A DNA stretch of 64,000 nt from Macrostomum lignano (Eukaryota): contig NIVC01003448.1 in assembly GCA_002269645.1 (NCBI GenBank), positions 1 to 64,000 of the forward strand, given 5' to 3'. The translations under genes and the position numbers were made by a program. The notes beneath the pieces are model-generated. The model was not told the DNA's origin, searched no databases, and saw nothing but the letters and a program-made list of their open reading frames with translations. This document shows, piece after piece, positions 28,353 through 40,220 of the stretch. Positions within the stretch are counted from its first letter, which is position 1, and the number at the start of each line of letters is the position of its first letter.

Positions 28353-28489
28353 TCGGAGGTTTTAATAACGTTTTTTGCTGTTAATCTTCTTTTAGATGAA
28401 GCTAGGGGCTTCGTAGGCAGTACGCGACTATGTGAGCTGGAACTTTACAGCTGGTAAACAAGAATATAGCATATCAATACGAGTACTCA

Positions 28490-28950
28490 CAGGAATGTAC
28501 ACAGCGGCTTCGAGTTTGCCCTAAAGGGTCCTGAGCCACCAGCGACGTGGGTGCGGATGGGCAGTCGAACAGATGGTTTCTTAGTCTTCGGAGCGGTTGC
28601 AGCGAGGGCAGGTGGGCGAGGCGCTGCTGTCAATTTTGTGCTGGTAAGAGGAAAGGAGCTTGCAGTGGCCAGATCGGAGTTGAGACAGCAGGACGCGCTG
28701 AGCCCTACATGTAGGAAGGGGCAGTTCCCATCGGTCGATGTGAGGCGGCTGTTCTTGAATCACCTTGTTTGAGCCGCTCATGGCTAGGTGCCTTTGGATG
28801 CACCAGGCTGTCTGCAGGTCCTTCACAACTTGGCCGAGCGGCTGAGGATGGTCTTGGTGCAGGTGGATGTTATGTGCAGGTAGGCGGGATGGAGGGCATG
28901 GATCCGGGGTCGCACAACACTGATGAAAACTCCGACAGGTACAAAACAAG
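28490..28950 (-). mobile_element. non-LTR retrotransposon (LINE) ORF2 3' fragment with CCHC zinc knuckle
   Basis: RVLLSQLRSGHCKLLSSYQHKIDSSASPTCPRCNRSED, then after a frameshift NHLFDCPSAPTSLVAQD: the typical LINE ORF2 C-terminus. Confidence 0.75.
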
Positions 28951-29540
28951 CTGGAGTGTGAAGAACAAGAATTAGTTTATTTGAGCAAATTTCTGATTCA
29001 AACTTCTCAATGTAACGATTTTTGCACTTTTTGATCTTTGAGCTTTTGGCATACTCATAGAATCAATTGATTTTAGACGTACAATAACCTACTTCAATTT
29101 AGTGCACTTTGAAGTACGCATTCTTTCGGAGGTTTACAGGCTTTGCACTTAAATTTCTTGAATGCATTTTTTATTCTATAGCTTTTAATGAATGTTACAT
29201 GGAATTTTTACGAGTATCTGAAAAGTATATAGGGGCATCGGTTCGGTTTTTGGGAGTTTCACGTGCGAATCCATTGTAACATCCTGCTTATTGTGTTGGA
29301 GCTCCAGATCAGATAATTTGTCATATTCAAATATTCGACCCATTGCCTAACAACGAGCACTATTTGCCAAGTTTTGCAATTACTACTAACTAAACTACTA
29401 AAAATAACTTCTTGCTATTTTCTTGGGAGCTGCTGTACCGGTTTGGCCAATCAGCTTACAGAGATACAGTTCCTGAGGAAAAAAGTTAAGATTTGAATCC
29501 CACACATGAAGAGCTGAATGGCCTCATCTAAATTGCAAAA

Positions 29541-31108
29541 ATGAAAACTAAAATCGAAGTTCTCACTTTTCTGCTGCTGCTGTTCGTCTACAGCCATCCA
29601 GCCGACTGTCTTGCCGTCACCTTCGTCAAGGCGTCCAATCTTTGCCTAAAGAATTCAACGCCAGTAGCAGTCGCGGCGGTCCCGCCCGCTGCAAACTCCA
29701 CTAACGCGACCTTTCGTCGAATCTCCGGCATTGCCGACGTTCGAGTGTGCGCTGTGGAGTGCGCCGCTGCGGGCTCGCTGCGGTGTTCGGTGTTCCAGCT
29801 AGTTCCAGGATCGGAGCAGGGTTCCAGCTCGCCCGGTGACTGTCTGCTCGGCTCCTCCTGCGACCTGGCTAATCAGTGGAGCTACAACAACAACTATTCT
29901 AACGGTGAATGCCTCACTCAAGTGCTCGACGATCGCCTGTCGTGTGACGCTCTGTTGGCCAGTCCGATGATCTATTCGGGTTCGTGAGATTCCTCTTATT
30001 TAGAATTTAAATTGTTACTCTCTAAATCTTAAAATAATAATTATTATTTGCCCGTAAAGCAACACGACATTGACGATGACCAATGTTTTTTTCGATTAGT
30101 ATCGGACGTCGCTAGCTAAATGGGGATATTTACACTACACCGACGTTTAGCCAACGTGTTTGGCATAATTTAAAAATACCCATTCGTCTATGTCGTTCAT
30201 ATAGACATCGGGTACATCGGAAACTGGTCGGAATGTTGCAAAGAATATATACTTAAACAAATTTGTTATTGAGAAATAGAGTATTTACATAATGTTATGC
30301 TTTCAATGCAGCCAACAATGCAGCCACCTCCACTGGTCGGTTCGGCAATCTGCAGCATTTCTCGCTGACAAGCTCGTCCGGCTGCTTCTTAATAACAGCT
30401 TGGGGCGCTAAGGGCGGATCAGCTGATGGCGGCGCCGGCGGTCGCGGCGCCATCATTAGCGCCAGATTTGCTCTACCAGCTGCTAACGGTTTAGTGACGC
30501 AACTAACTCTGGTTCTCGGCCAGGCCGGAACCAGCAACAACTGCGGCGGCGGTGGCGGCGGCGGCACATTTGTATATTTCCGTCGGAACAACACCGGCAA
30601 CGACGCAGCCGATTGGAAGCTGCTGCTGGTTGCTGGGGGCGGTGGCGGCGCCGGAGCTGGCAGTTCAGGCAACAGTGCCGGATTGTCGTTCTCGCGCAGC
30701 GGAGCCGGAACTGGAGGCGGGGCCTCTTCCATTCCGTCGTGCGGCGGTGGCGGCGCCGGTTGGAGCGGATCCGGCGCGGACTGCGACGCGTCGACAAAGC
30801 AGGGCTTCGGCGGCAGTTCCGGTCGCGCTAACGGATGGGCTGGCGGAGCTTCAAGCGCTACGGGAGTCGGTGGATTTGGCGGCGGCGGCGGCGCAGGAGA
30901 TGGGAACGGAAATTCTGGCGGTGGCGGAGGTGGCGGCGGCTTTGCTGGCGGTCGCGGAGGCAAAAGTTCCGGCGGATCTGGCAGCGCGGGTAGCAACTTC
31001 GCGGCCCTAGAAGCCAAAGGCGTTACTGTCAGTTCCAACGTGCAGACTAGCGGTGGAAGAGTAAAAATTGAACTGTTAGGGACCGCGAGCAGTGACTTGT
31101 GCGCCTGA
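29541..31108 (+). CDS. secreted PAN/apple + ALK/LTK-type glycine-rich domain protein, ~410 aa, no TM or kinase
   Basis: Exon 29541-29979 (signal peptide MKTKIEVLTFLLLLFVYSHPADC; PAN-like CAVECAAAGSLRCSVFQL...CLLG) joined in phase 1 to exon 30312-31108 (ITAWGAKGG...GGRGAIISARF..LVLGQAG..GGGGGGGTFV..LLVAGGGGG..GGFGGGGG..GGGGGFAGG..GSAGSNF..GRVKIE; TGA). Confidence 0.85.
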
Positions 31109-32443
31109 GCTTGGTATAATTTTGCTAGCTGAACATGAATGTGCATGCATGTTTCGGTTGATGAAATGCGTAACCGTACGGCAGTCTGCAAAAAAATCCG
31201 TCAAGGGACACTTATAATTACATGTCAATATTTTAAGTTTATATTCCTGTTTATCCTGGTACATATGTACGAGTGTGCGCATGTATTGAATTTTTTTATG
31301 AAAGTCCATAGGACTACATAGATTACCATGTTTACGTGGTACATGTATTTCCTAAATATTTTTTCCTAAAATTAATATCAACAAATAAAATAGTTATATC
31401 ATGATTTTTACTATCATGATTCGTAATAAAAATAAAAGCTTATAATGCATGAATTTACATATTTTTTTGTATCTTCACAGTAATTGTGAATGATTGGATA
31501 TCAAACTATTTAGAACAGAGTACGGGGAAAGGCCTATTAAAGAAATGTAAGTGTTACAAAAATTGCAGCAAAAGTCCACCCGGCCAACTTTGACCAACGC
31601 AGTTTTGCATCTGAGAAAAACAAATAATTGTGTATTAAAAAGGATCGTAGATTTTTTAAAACAAACTACAAAAGCTGCTTGACCGTTTAAATATAAAAAT
31701 ACTTTACATAGAACTTTCTGTAAAAGAAAGCCTCAATGAAATATTTGTTTTAATGCAAAGCAAAAACTGGTTTGAGCTACACACTTTCCGGTTCGGACGG
31801 ACTGCACTCTATTGACGACGACCGTCTAATCGTTAGTACAGCAAATGAAATTATGATTAGACTGACTAAAATGCCTGTTATGGTGTAGACTTTTGTATAG
31901 GCTAATGGCTCTGAGCATTAGATAGAGCAGTTGAAAGTAATAAATAGGCTAGAGCAGTAGCTAGAGTGGTAGTCGTAGATAGATCAATAGAACAGATAGG
32001 GCAATAAAAGTAGCGATAGTAGATACTAGATAGAGCTAGGCCCTGGCCTAGAGTATTTTCAGATTCTATCTACCATCCTTTGGCCTCAGATATCCTTTTC
32101 TACAATGGCACTATGTTTTAACTTTTAGCAAAAATTCAAACTTGAAAATAATAATGCAAAACAAACCAAAAGATTGCCTTAAATTTATTTAGCTATAGGC
32201 CTAGCATAGGGCCTAATTATAAAAAAAATATATTTGTGGCTGCTACAATAGGTCATGATCTATTTTATCTTTTAAATAAAATACAAAGAAAAATAAATTA
32301 TAATTTTGACATTTATCAAGCCCTGTTAGAATAAAAAAATAGACAAAAGTAAAAAATTGTCCAACTCAACTGTCTAATGCAACTTTAGAATTTTCTAGTG
32401 TCAAATTTATAGCTGAAGTCAAGGCAGATGGTCTTGCAACAAT

Positions 32444-32624
32444 GGCAGTGCTTATCCCCACGGTACCGTAGGAATAATTTCTGTCTTATTCCAACGGTAC
32501 CGTGCGAATAATTTTCTGCTTATCCGCACGGCACACTGAGGAGATAGCTGACCTATCTTCTACATATGCCGTGCGAATAATTTTCTGCTTATCCGCACGG
32601 CACACTGACGAGATAGCTGCCCTA
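32444..32624 (+). repeat. left TIR of Mutator-like element
   Basis: Reverse complement of 44384-44570 with few mismatches or indels. Confidence 0.9.
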
Positions 32625-34479
32625 TCTTCTACATATGCCGTGTGGGAAGTTTAGTATATACGACTAGCTAAAGTTTTGCCCCCCTTCGGGGAGCAGAAAT
32701 AATTAATATTCGTCTAATATAATATACCTTTTAGCAGGAGTACTTTAAGTGTCTTTCTTAAGCTTAAGCTTAAAATAGGAATTTTTGGAGATCGTTAATA
32801 ACGCATTTTAGGTAAAACAAAACTATCAACTTTTTACAGTTTTTTAGTTTAGAGCCCTGTATATGTCAACGTGTTTGATAAAAATTATTTTATTTATTTA
32901 GTTTATAAAACTGTTGAGATCACTTTTTTAGTTGTTACTGAAAATAAATTAAATAATATTCCAAGAAATTGCGACTTTCCGAGAAATGACTTGCTTTATT
33001 CCGATTTTCTTGTTGCTTGTATTGCTCATGTGTACTACAGTTTTATACACATCCCGATAAATTTTTTACTTTCTTCATTTGTAAGTGAATTTCTTAGCCC
33101 TGCTCATCGTACTAACTGCGACTGCAATGTTCCGAACAATAAGTAGCTCAGCATTGCAACTATTGCCCTTGAATGAGGCCCCTCTTATTATAATAAATGA
33201 CTTAAAGAGTCAGTTCAATGCAGCTATCTCATTGTGAATGGACTTTGCAAAAGCAACTGGAGCTACATCCTTCGACCTTTGGTTTGACACTTTTAATAAA
33301 GCTAACATTGGCTATATATAGGCATGATATATGATATATATTATCATGCTAAATTCCCCCTTTCTTTTCTAGTCACACTCCTCAGCAGACTTCTCTTTTC
33401 TTATATGCCTCATTCACATTGTCAAATCTTATTTTGAATCAAATCCTATATGACATAAAAGTCTATTTCAAATTAGATCCATTTTGATAGTTCAAAATGG
33501 TTAGCTCATATCAATGGCTAATTAAATATCAATGGATCAATTTCTAATCTCCTTTCTTTTTCTTAATGATTCCAGTTCTGATCAGATCCTATTTCTCATC
33601 TGACCTCTTTTCTTAGTAATCCATTTTGTATCATTCTTCATTATAAATGCATGCCTGACAATTTATCTTTTAAAATAGAATAAGGCAGGTACCAGGTGTG
33701 CAGATTCATGAATCATGGGACTGGTCTTTGTCCACTGAAACATTTTTTGTATTTCTTCAATTGCAAAACACATTGAAAACAACAAAACAACAACAATTGA
33801 GTGAGCATCTGGCAAAATTATTATTATACAAATACATATCATTATGACATTATAAGAAAACAAACTCCAAATGTAGAGAATTCAGCGATTTTCCTCTTTC
33901 GTTTGTTAAATTATTTTTTCGACAGAAACAAGTTGTGACTACTGAGTAATGTCAGAAAACGACAGTAATGGGACAGTAATGGGATTCAGTTCAATGAAAA
34001 AAGAAAAAATTGCATTGCACCTAAAAATATTACCCACAAACAGTAAACATGATGCACTTGCAGAAGGCTCCGCCAACAAGACAGTATCATTGCACAGTTC
34101 ATTGCATTTGACTGCAAGAATAATGGTGTCAATCCTACTGCTTGTTGGCTTGCTTTACTCTGCACTGCTGGTCAGAGGCATTCACTGGGGCAAGTTAAGT
34201 TCACGCACTCAACGTCACACAAAAAGCTTAGCTATCACAAGTCTCTAGGTTTGCTGAAGCTGCTTCAAACCTCTCTCTCATGGCTGCATACCCTCAGTTT
34301 TAGAGTGGAAGAACCTCTGAATCGTGAAAAAGCAGCGAACACGTTATTTCAACCACAATCTCAAGGCCCATTGATATGCAGCCAACCTGCTATATATTCA
34401 CCTAATATTTACCTACATTAATTTCACTATTACTTATTAACTTTCATGGCACAACTAAATTGGGATCCGATTGTATCCG

Positions 34480-34740
34480 ATCCTATTCTGGTTTGCCTTG
34501 ATCCCAATCTAGTTATGCAATGATCTCAATCTAGTTATGAAAGGATCTCAATTTTGTTATGCAATAATCCCATTTTAGTTACGCCAAATGATCCCAATTA
34601 CGCTAAGCAATGATCTTAGTTCTGTTATGCAATGAACCCAATTAGGCTAAGCAATGATCTCACTTCTGTTATGCCACAAACACAATTTAGCTAAGCAATG
34701 ATCTCACTTCTGTTATGCCACAAACACAATTTAGCTTACA
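34480..34740. repeat. degenerate minisatellite at the point where the helicase ORF stops
   Basis: atgcaatgatc-type units and a duplicated ttctgttatgccacaaacacaatttagct. Confidence 0.75.
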
Positions 34741-37700
34741 AAATCTGCAGACACACGCCATGACGCTGTTGGCGCGGGTTCCATTCACTACGACAGGCAG
34801 GAGCTGGCGGAAGTCACCGGAACACACCAGAGTGACTCCTCCAAATGGCTTGTCCTGCTTCCGAACGTCTCGCAGACACCTGTCCACGGATTCCAGATCC
34901 TTTCGATTGGTCATGGAGATCTCGTCCCAGACAATCAGCCGAACTCTACGAAACACTTCCGCTTGCTTGGACTGCGCGCCAACAGCGCAGACATCCTTGT
35001 TGGATCGGAGCAGCCGGACTGGGATCTTGAACCTAGAGTGAAGTTGTCATAGGTAGAATCGATTAGAAACGCGACTCTAAAATTCAGAAGCATTCCCCTA
35101 ATCTAAAAAACTTACGTGGAATGCGCAGTCTGTCCGCCTGGCAGCAGAGTCGCTGCGATTCCAGACGCCGCAACTGCCAGGGCGAGTTCACCGCGGCTGC
35201 GCACAAAGGCCAGCAAAACCTCCAGCAGGAAGGTCTTGCCAGTGCCAGCGGGCGCGTCCAGGAAGTGCAAACCGCCCGAGCCGGCCACAAGATCCGCAGT
35301 CACCGACTCGTACACCGCAATCTGCTCCTCCGTCAGCATTGACAGTCTCGCTTCCCGGATCTCGGCCTGTTCAACCGGGTCGAACTGCATCGGTCCGACT
35401 TGAAGCGGCACGGAGGCCGCAGGCAAGCCGTACTCGGGCAGGCTGTGACCGCCCATGGAGGTCAGCATGCTCTGCAGCTCGCGCAGCGCCAGGTCGGTGA
35501 TTTCCTCAGCGCTCAGATCTCGGTGGTGAAACCGCAGGTCCTCGCACAGATCCTCGGCGAATGTGCACCACAGATCGCTGCCATCCTCAGGGTTGCCCCA
35601 AATCAGAATGACAGCCAGCAGGTGCCTGAGAGCTCTCGGCATTCGCGACTGGACTGCCTCGGCTAGGCAGCGCCGCCAGTGGTCGTCTCGTTGCAGCAGA
35701 CCCAGGGCCGTGCAAGCAGCCTTGGCGCTGGGACACAGCACTCCGTCCACAGTGTGCAGCGCCTCGAAGCTGGTTGGCCCTCTAACCTGCAGGAGGAGCA
35801 TTCGCATATAAAACAGATCCCCTGCTCTCGGACTCACCGTGTACATTCGGGCAATGTTCGTGTTGTGCACAACACCAGGGTGGCCCTCAACTCTCGAACC
35901 CTTCTTGGCGCGGCGCCACTCCCTCTCGCTGTGGTGCCACACGAAGTAGGACGGCACCTCGGTGTACACCAGGCCTCTAGCGAATTCATCAGTGCGGCAC
36001 AGCTTGAAGAAAGCCGTCAGCGTCGAATCTCTGGGCGCCCTGGCCTTTGTGCTCGCATTTTGCTCGTTGAAATACACGAGCTGCTCGTTAGACTTGTGCA
36101 CGCACAATCGGATCACAGCCGGAAATCTGTTGTGCACCTGTTGTGTTTTAGTTTAAAAACCATATCATTATTTTCCCATTCTTTGCTCCTAGCACTGCCT
36201 TGCAAACATCTATGACTTACTTCAAAGCCCAAGATGGTATTCACGGCTTCCATTGGGCCTATGTAGCGCGCCAGCAGATACTCCTTGATCTCATTTCGCC
36301 CCTCCTTCTTGGCTTGAGTCGGAGCCTTGCTAGCTGAACCTTCCTGTCGTTCGCCATCCGCAGCCTGCTCTCCTGGCCCGCTCGGCTTCTTGTTTGCCTC
36401 GAACTTGAACGACGCCATGTCGCCGCCTTTTAGCAAGTACTTGATCACGTACTTGACCGACTTGACGGTGGCACAAACTTCAAAGTTCATGTGGCATTCG
36501 AAAAGGAGCAGCAGGCCCGGGTTGTATGGTACAACCGACCTGTATTTGTGCCAGGAAAAGAATTGCTAATTAATGATTTATGTATTCTAGCAATGGTAAA
36601 TTAAACTTACAGTAAATAAACAATTTAGCAATATAAATAAACTAAACACAAGGCTAAACTAAGTACTTTGCTTTCGTATTAAAGAATCAACCTTTCAATC
36701 AAGTCTGAAAAAACACCAACACCTCCTCACTCACCTGTTGTCCATGCGAATGCTGCGGCCTTTGAATAGTTTGTCCACCGTAAATCCGCCCATCTCAGGG
36801 GACAGCCTGCGATACAATGGGTAGCCAGTATCGCTGGTTAGGGTCGCCTGCTGGAACTCCTTCGGGAAGCCCTTGCTGCACTGGCCGTCCACCATGCACG
36901 GGCAGGCTGGATTTACCACGCCGCAGGGGCCATGGATCATGTGAGTCTTCACCAGCTCGTGCAGCCTCGGCTGCTGCTGTGGGTCCGGGATCTCAGCGGA
37001 CACGATTTTGTCGTAGCGGTCCGGAGTCACTCTCTGTCCACTGACCAGCCAGAGCAGAAAGTGCACATGGGGGAGACCTGTGGAAGACATAAACAAGTGA
37101 TTCAAAGCGACGTATGAGTGATCACAATTTAGTCATGTAAATTAATTAAAATTCTAAACCAGCGTTTGCATCGTAGAGAAAGCGGAGTTTGAATCATGGA
37201 GAAACTGGAGTTTGAATCATGGCTAAACCAGAGCTTAATTCCGGTTTGCAATGACCCCTTGCATAAAAATATGGATTGCTAAACCTGGAATGCAATTACA
37301 GAATGAAAATTGAAAGCGCAATTTGCTAACTTACCGCGCTTCTGATATTCCAGAGAGCAAACATGCGCGGCCTCCTTTCCAAAGCGCTTCCTCAGCTCGG
37401 CAAGCAGAGCCTTCTTCTTCAGCTCGAAAACACGCGTGACAATATCCGGCCGGTCCTCAGGTCGCTGTCCAGGCAGCAGCTGTGCACTGATTTCCGGCCA
37501 CTTAGGGTTGCACGTCGCCGTGACAAACAGGTCCGGCTTGCCAAACTTTTGTACATAGGTCATGGCGTCTTGCAGCCTCTCCATCAGGTACCTTGGCCCG
37601 CCAACGAAGCTGGAGGACAGGAACACGTGCGCAGGCTTGCCAATATCAGTCGGATTTGTGTCGGTCGACCTGCCATCAGCAGCGAATAGAGCGTCTCGCA

Positions 37701-39231
37701 GACCGCTGTACGTCTCACTGCGCAGATCGCTCTGATGGGTCCGCAGATAGAGCAGCCTCTCTGACTCAATCTTGGCGCACATGTCCACCAGGTACTGCTG
37801 GAACAGCCGCCGTCCGTGGTGCAGCAGGCTGCTATGGCCCGCTCGCACCATGATTTCGCTGGCATAGTACTTCATCGGCGTCAGCTTGCGGCCATTGCTC
37901 ATGCGCAGCTCCGGGTGCCAGCCGTCCTCGCCATGGGGGAACAGCAACACGTACTCCAGTGCATCATACGATCGGTGCGTTTTGCTAATCCTCTTGTAGC
38001 CGCCACCCCGCAGTTGAATGACAACATCTCGGCTAGTTGCTGGCTCATCACCGTCTTCAGGGGCCTCAGTGTCCTCAGTGTCCTTAACAATGAGGATGCC
38101 GACCTCGTTTGCCGTGGGCAAATTGTAGCGCCTGATTTTGAACGGTAGTCAACTCAGGGATGCTGAGGGAACTCAGCATCTGTAAAGGCTTGCAAAAGCT
38201 CTCGAAGTCTCAGTGACTCGTAATGTTCATGGCGCAAAAGCACACGCACAATGGCATTAGGAGGGCGCAAATTAGCCCTGAAATATTGCATCACACTACC
38301 ATTGGCCTGGTAAATGACCAGATCCACATCAAAGCAGCGGCTCAACAAAGAGGCAACTTCATCTGAAACATAAATTCCTGCTTGAAAAGAGGAATTCACG
38401 ATCTCATCAGCAATCTCAGGTGCAATGAGGCCATCTGCAATCAGCTGTGGCATGAGTTCTGCAACACGGCAAGACAAGTCCTGCCGCAGGGAGGCTGCGT
38501 CAGTTTCCAGCGGGGTTCCACGCAGCTGATCACACACAGCATAAAAAAAGCAATTGCCATCACCAACAATGGGGATTACCTGCAACTGCTCAAAGGGTAC
38601 TATAGTTTCTGTACCTTGCTGCTGGGTGTCCGACCTAAGGGGCAATGGGTGAACGTAAGCACAGCAGCCTTAATTGGCTTTTTAAGACAATTCATTCCTC
38701 AAAAATCGTTATCCGCTTAATTTATACAGAATAAAATAGATACTACAAATTATCCCCTTCAAGGCAATTCAGAAAAAAACAAAAATAAAGACTTGTTATA
38801 AAAAGTTACTATACAACTCACCTAGAAACCACAGCTCCACGGCAACGAATCCGATCGGCTTCCAGTCGGGCAGCCCACTCTGCCTCAGTCTCAGCCTCTC
38901 TGCGCTGAGCGTCCCGCTGCCGCTGTTCTTCCAGTCGGGCAGCCCACTCTGCCTCAGTCTCAGCATCTCTGCGCTGAGCATTCCGCTGCCGCTGTTCTTC
39001 CAGTCGGGCAGCTCGCTCTGCCTCAGTCTCAGCATGTCTGCGCTGAGCATCCCGCTGCCGCTGTTCTTCCAGTCGGGCATCCCGCTCTGCCTCAGTCTCA
39101 GCATGTCTGCGCTGAGCATCCCGCTGCCGCTGTTCTTCCAGTCGGGCATCCCGCTCTGCCTCGGATTCTGCCTGTCGCCGTCGCTTGGCATCGCGGCTCT
39201 TCTTTAAACTGCTGGCGCCGCGTCGAACCAT
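34740..39231 (-). pseudogene. Helitron RepHel gene: charged-repeat N-terminus, OTU protease, HUH Rep, Pif1 helicase (C-terminally truncated)
   Basis: Exons 39231-38822, 38634-~38154 (OTU), 38131-37335, 37077-36735, 36539-36221, 36137-35116, 35032-34740. The junctions from 38131 downstream are phase-compatible. Rep motifs PDLFVTATCNPKW, EYQKRG|LPHVHFLLW, KSVKYVIKYLLKG. Pif1 motifs DAPAGTGKT, VAASGIAATLLPGGQTAHST|FKIP, LIVWDEISM, PFGGVTLVCSGDFRQLLPV. Helicase motifs IV-VI not found; no clean OTU-to-Rep splice found. Confidence 0.9.
38154..38634 (-). other. OTU-family cysteine protease (deubiquitinase-like) domain exon within RepHel
   Basis: IPIVGDGNCFFYAVCDQL (catalytic D-G-N-C) ... VLLRHEHYESL (catalytic His). 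Confidence 0.85.
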
Positions 39232-39714
39232 GATTGAGAAATGAGAAGTGAAATGAAATTAGTTCAGAAAGAATGATATGGTTTGAAAGATGAAAGTTTG
39301 TGAATTTGGATGTCTGAAGAATCAGATAAGGTGCCCTTGAGCCAAACTATTACAGGCTATTTATCATCCAGTGGGCTGAATTGGAGCTTATCTTAAGACG
39401 CAGGGTAGAAACTGAAAAATCGATAAAGAAGAAAGGGGTCTAAATCTAAAAACCTATGATTTGGGGTGTGGGCTCTCCAGGCCCGTGTGTCCAAATTCCG
39501 GGGCAGAGGGCTCACAATGTACACTGGTCTGCGCCAGCCAGTGAAAAAAACTGTGAATGTAATCTATTTATGACTGTCTCGCCAGTGGGGTTGATACAGC
39601 TATGTACTTTTGACATAGTGAAATTCTTATCAGAGTTACCAGTATCACTGATATCAGTGATATCATCAATATCAGTGATAATCAGTATCACTTTTAACAA
39701 AACTGGTTTTGCAA

Positions 39715-40040
39715 TGATTCAAACTCTGGTTTAGCCATGATTCAAACTCTGGTTTAGCCATGAGTCAGACTCTCGTTTAGCCATGATTCAAACTCTGGTT
39801 TTGCCATGATTCAAACTTTGGTTTAGCCATGATTCAAACTCTGGTTTAGTCATGATTCAAACGATGGTTTAGCCATGACTTAAACTCTGGTTTAGCCATG
39901 ATTCAAACAATGGTTTAGCCATGATTCAAACACTGGTTTTAGCCATGATTCAGACTCTGGTTTAGCCATGATTCAGACTCTGGTTTAGCCATGATTTAAA
40001 CTCTGGTTTAGTCTGATTCAAGCTCTATTTTTGCAATGAT
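39715..40040. repeat. 23-bp minisatellite (tcaaactctggtttagccatgat) in the Helitron B leader
   Basis: About 14 units; the same unit occurs inverted at ~37180-37235. Confidence 0.9.
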
Positions 40041-40125
40041 TCAAAGTCAGATAATATTTTATTTACGAAGTGAATGAAAAAAATAAATTTAAATAATCTT
40101 CAATCACTACTGGCTGAAATTTGAC

Positions 40126-40220
40126 GCAGTGCAGAATCGAACCCTAGCCGAGCCTATAACCAATTCCTAGTGCCTACACATCGGCTATCGGCTAGTCTGT
40201 TCGCATCTTTCTTGGCTATC
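40126..40220 (-). other. tRNA-like/Pol III B-box segment in Helitron B subterminal region
   Basis: Minus strand ...ggctagGGTTCGATTCtgcactgc; positionally homologous to 43495-43559. Confidence 0.45.

Noticed and set aside
30295-31191. 298-aa Pro-rich minus-strand ORF
   Set aside because: Antisense shadow of the poly-Gly (GGC) coding strand.
33085-33200. RNIAVAVSTMSRAKK as helicase motif VI
   Set aside because: Spacing does not fit Pif1 YVAxSR, motif V (KSQG) is absent, and no splice support was found.
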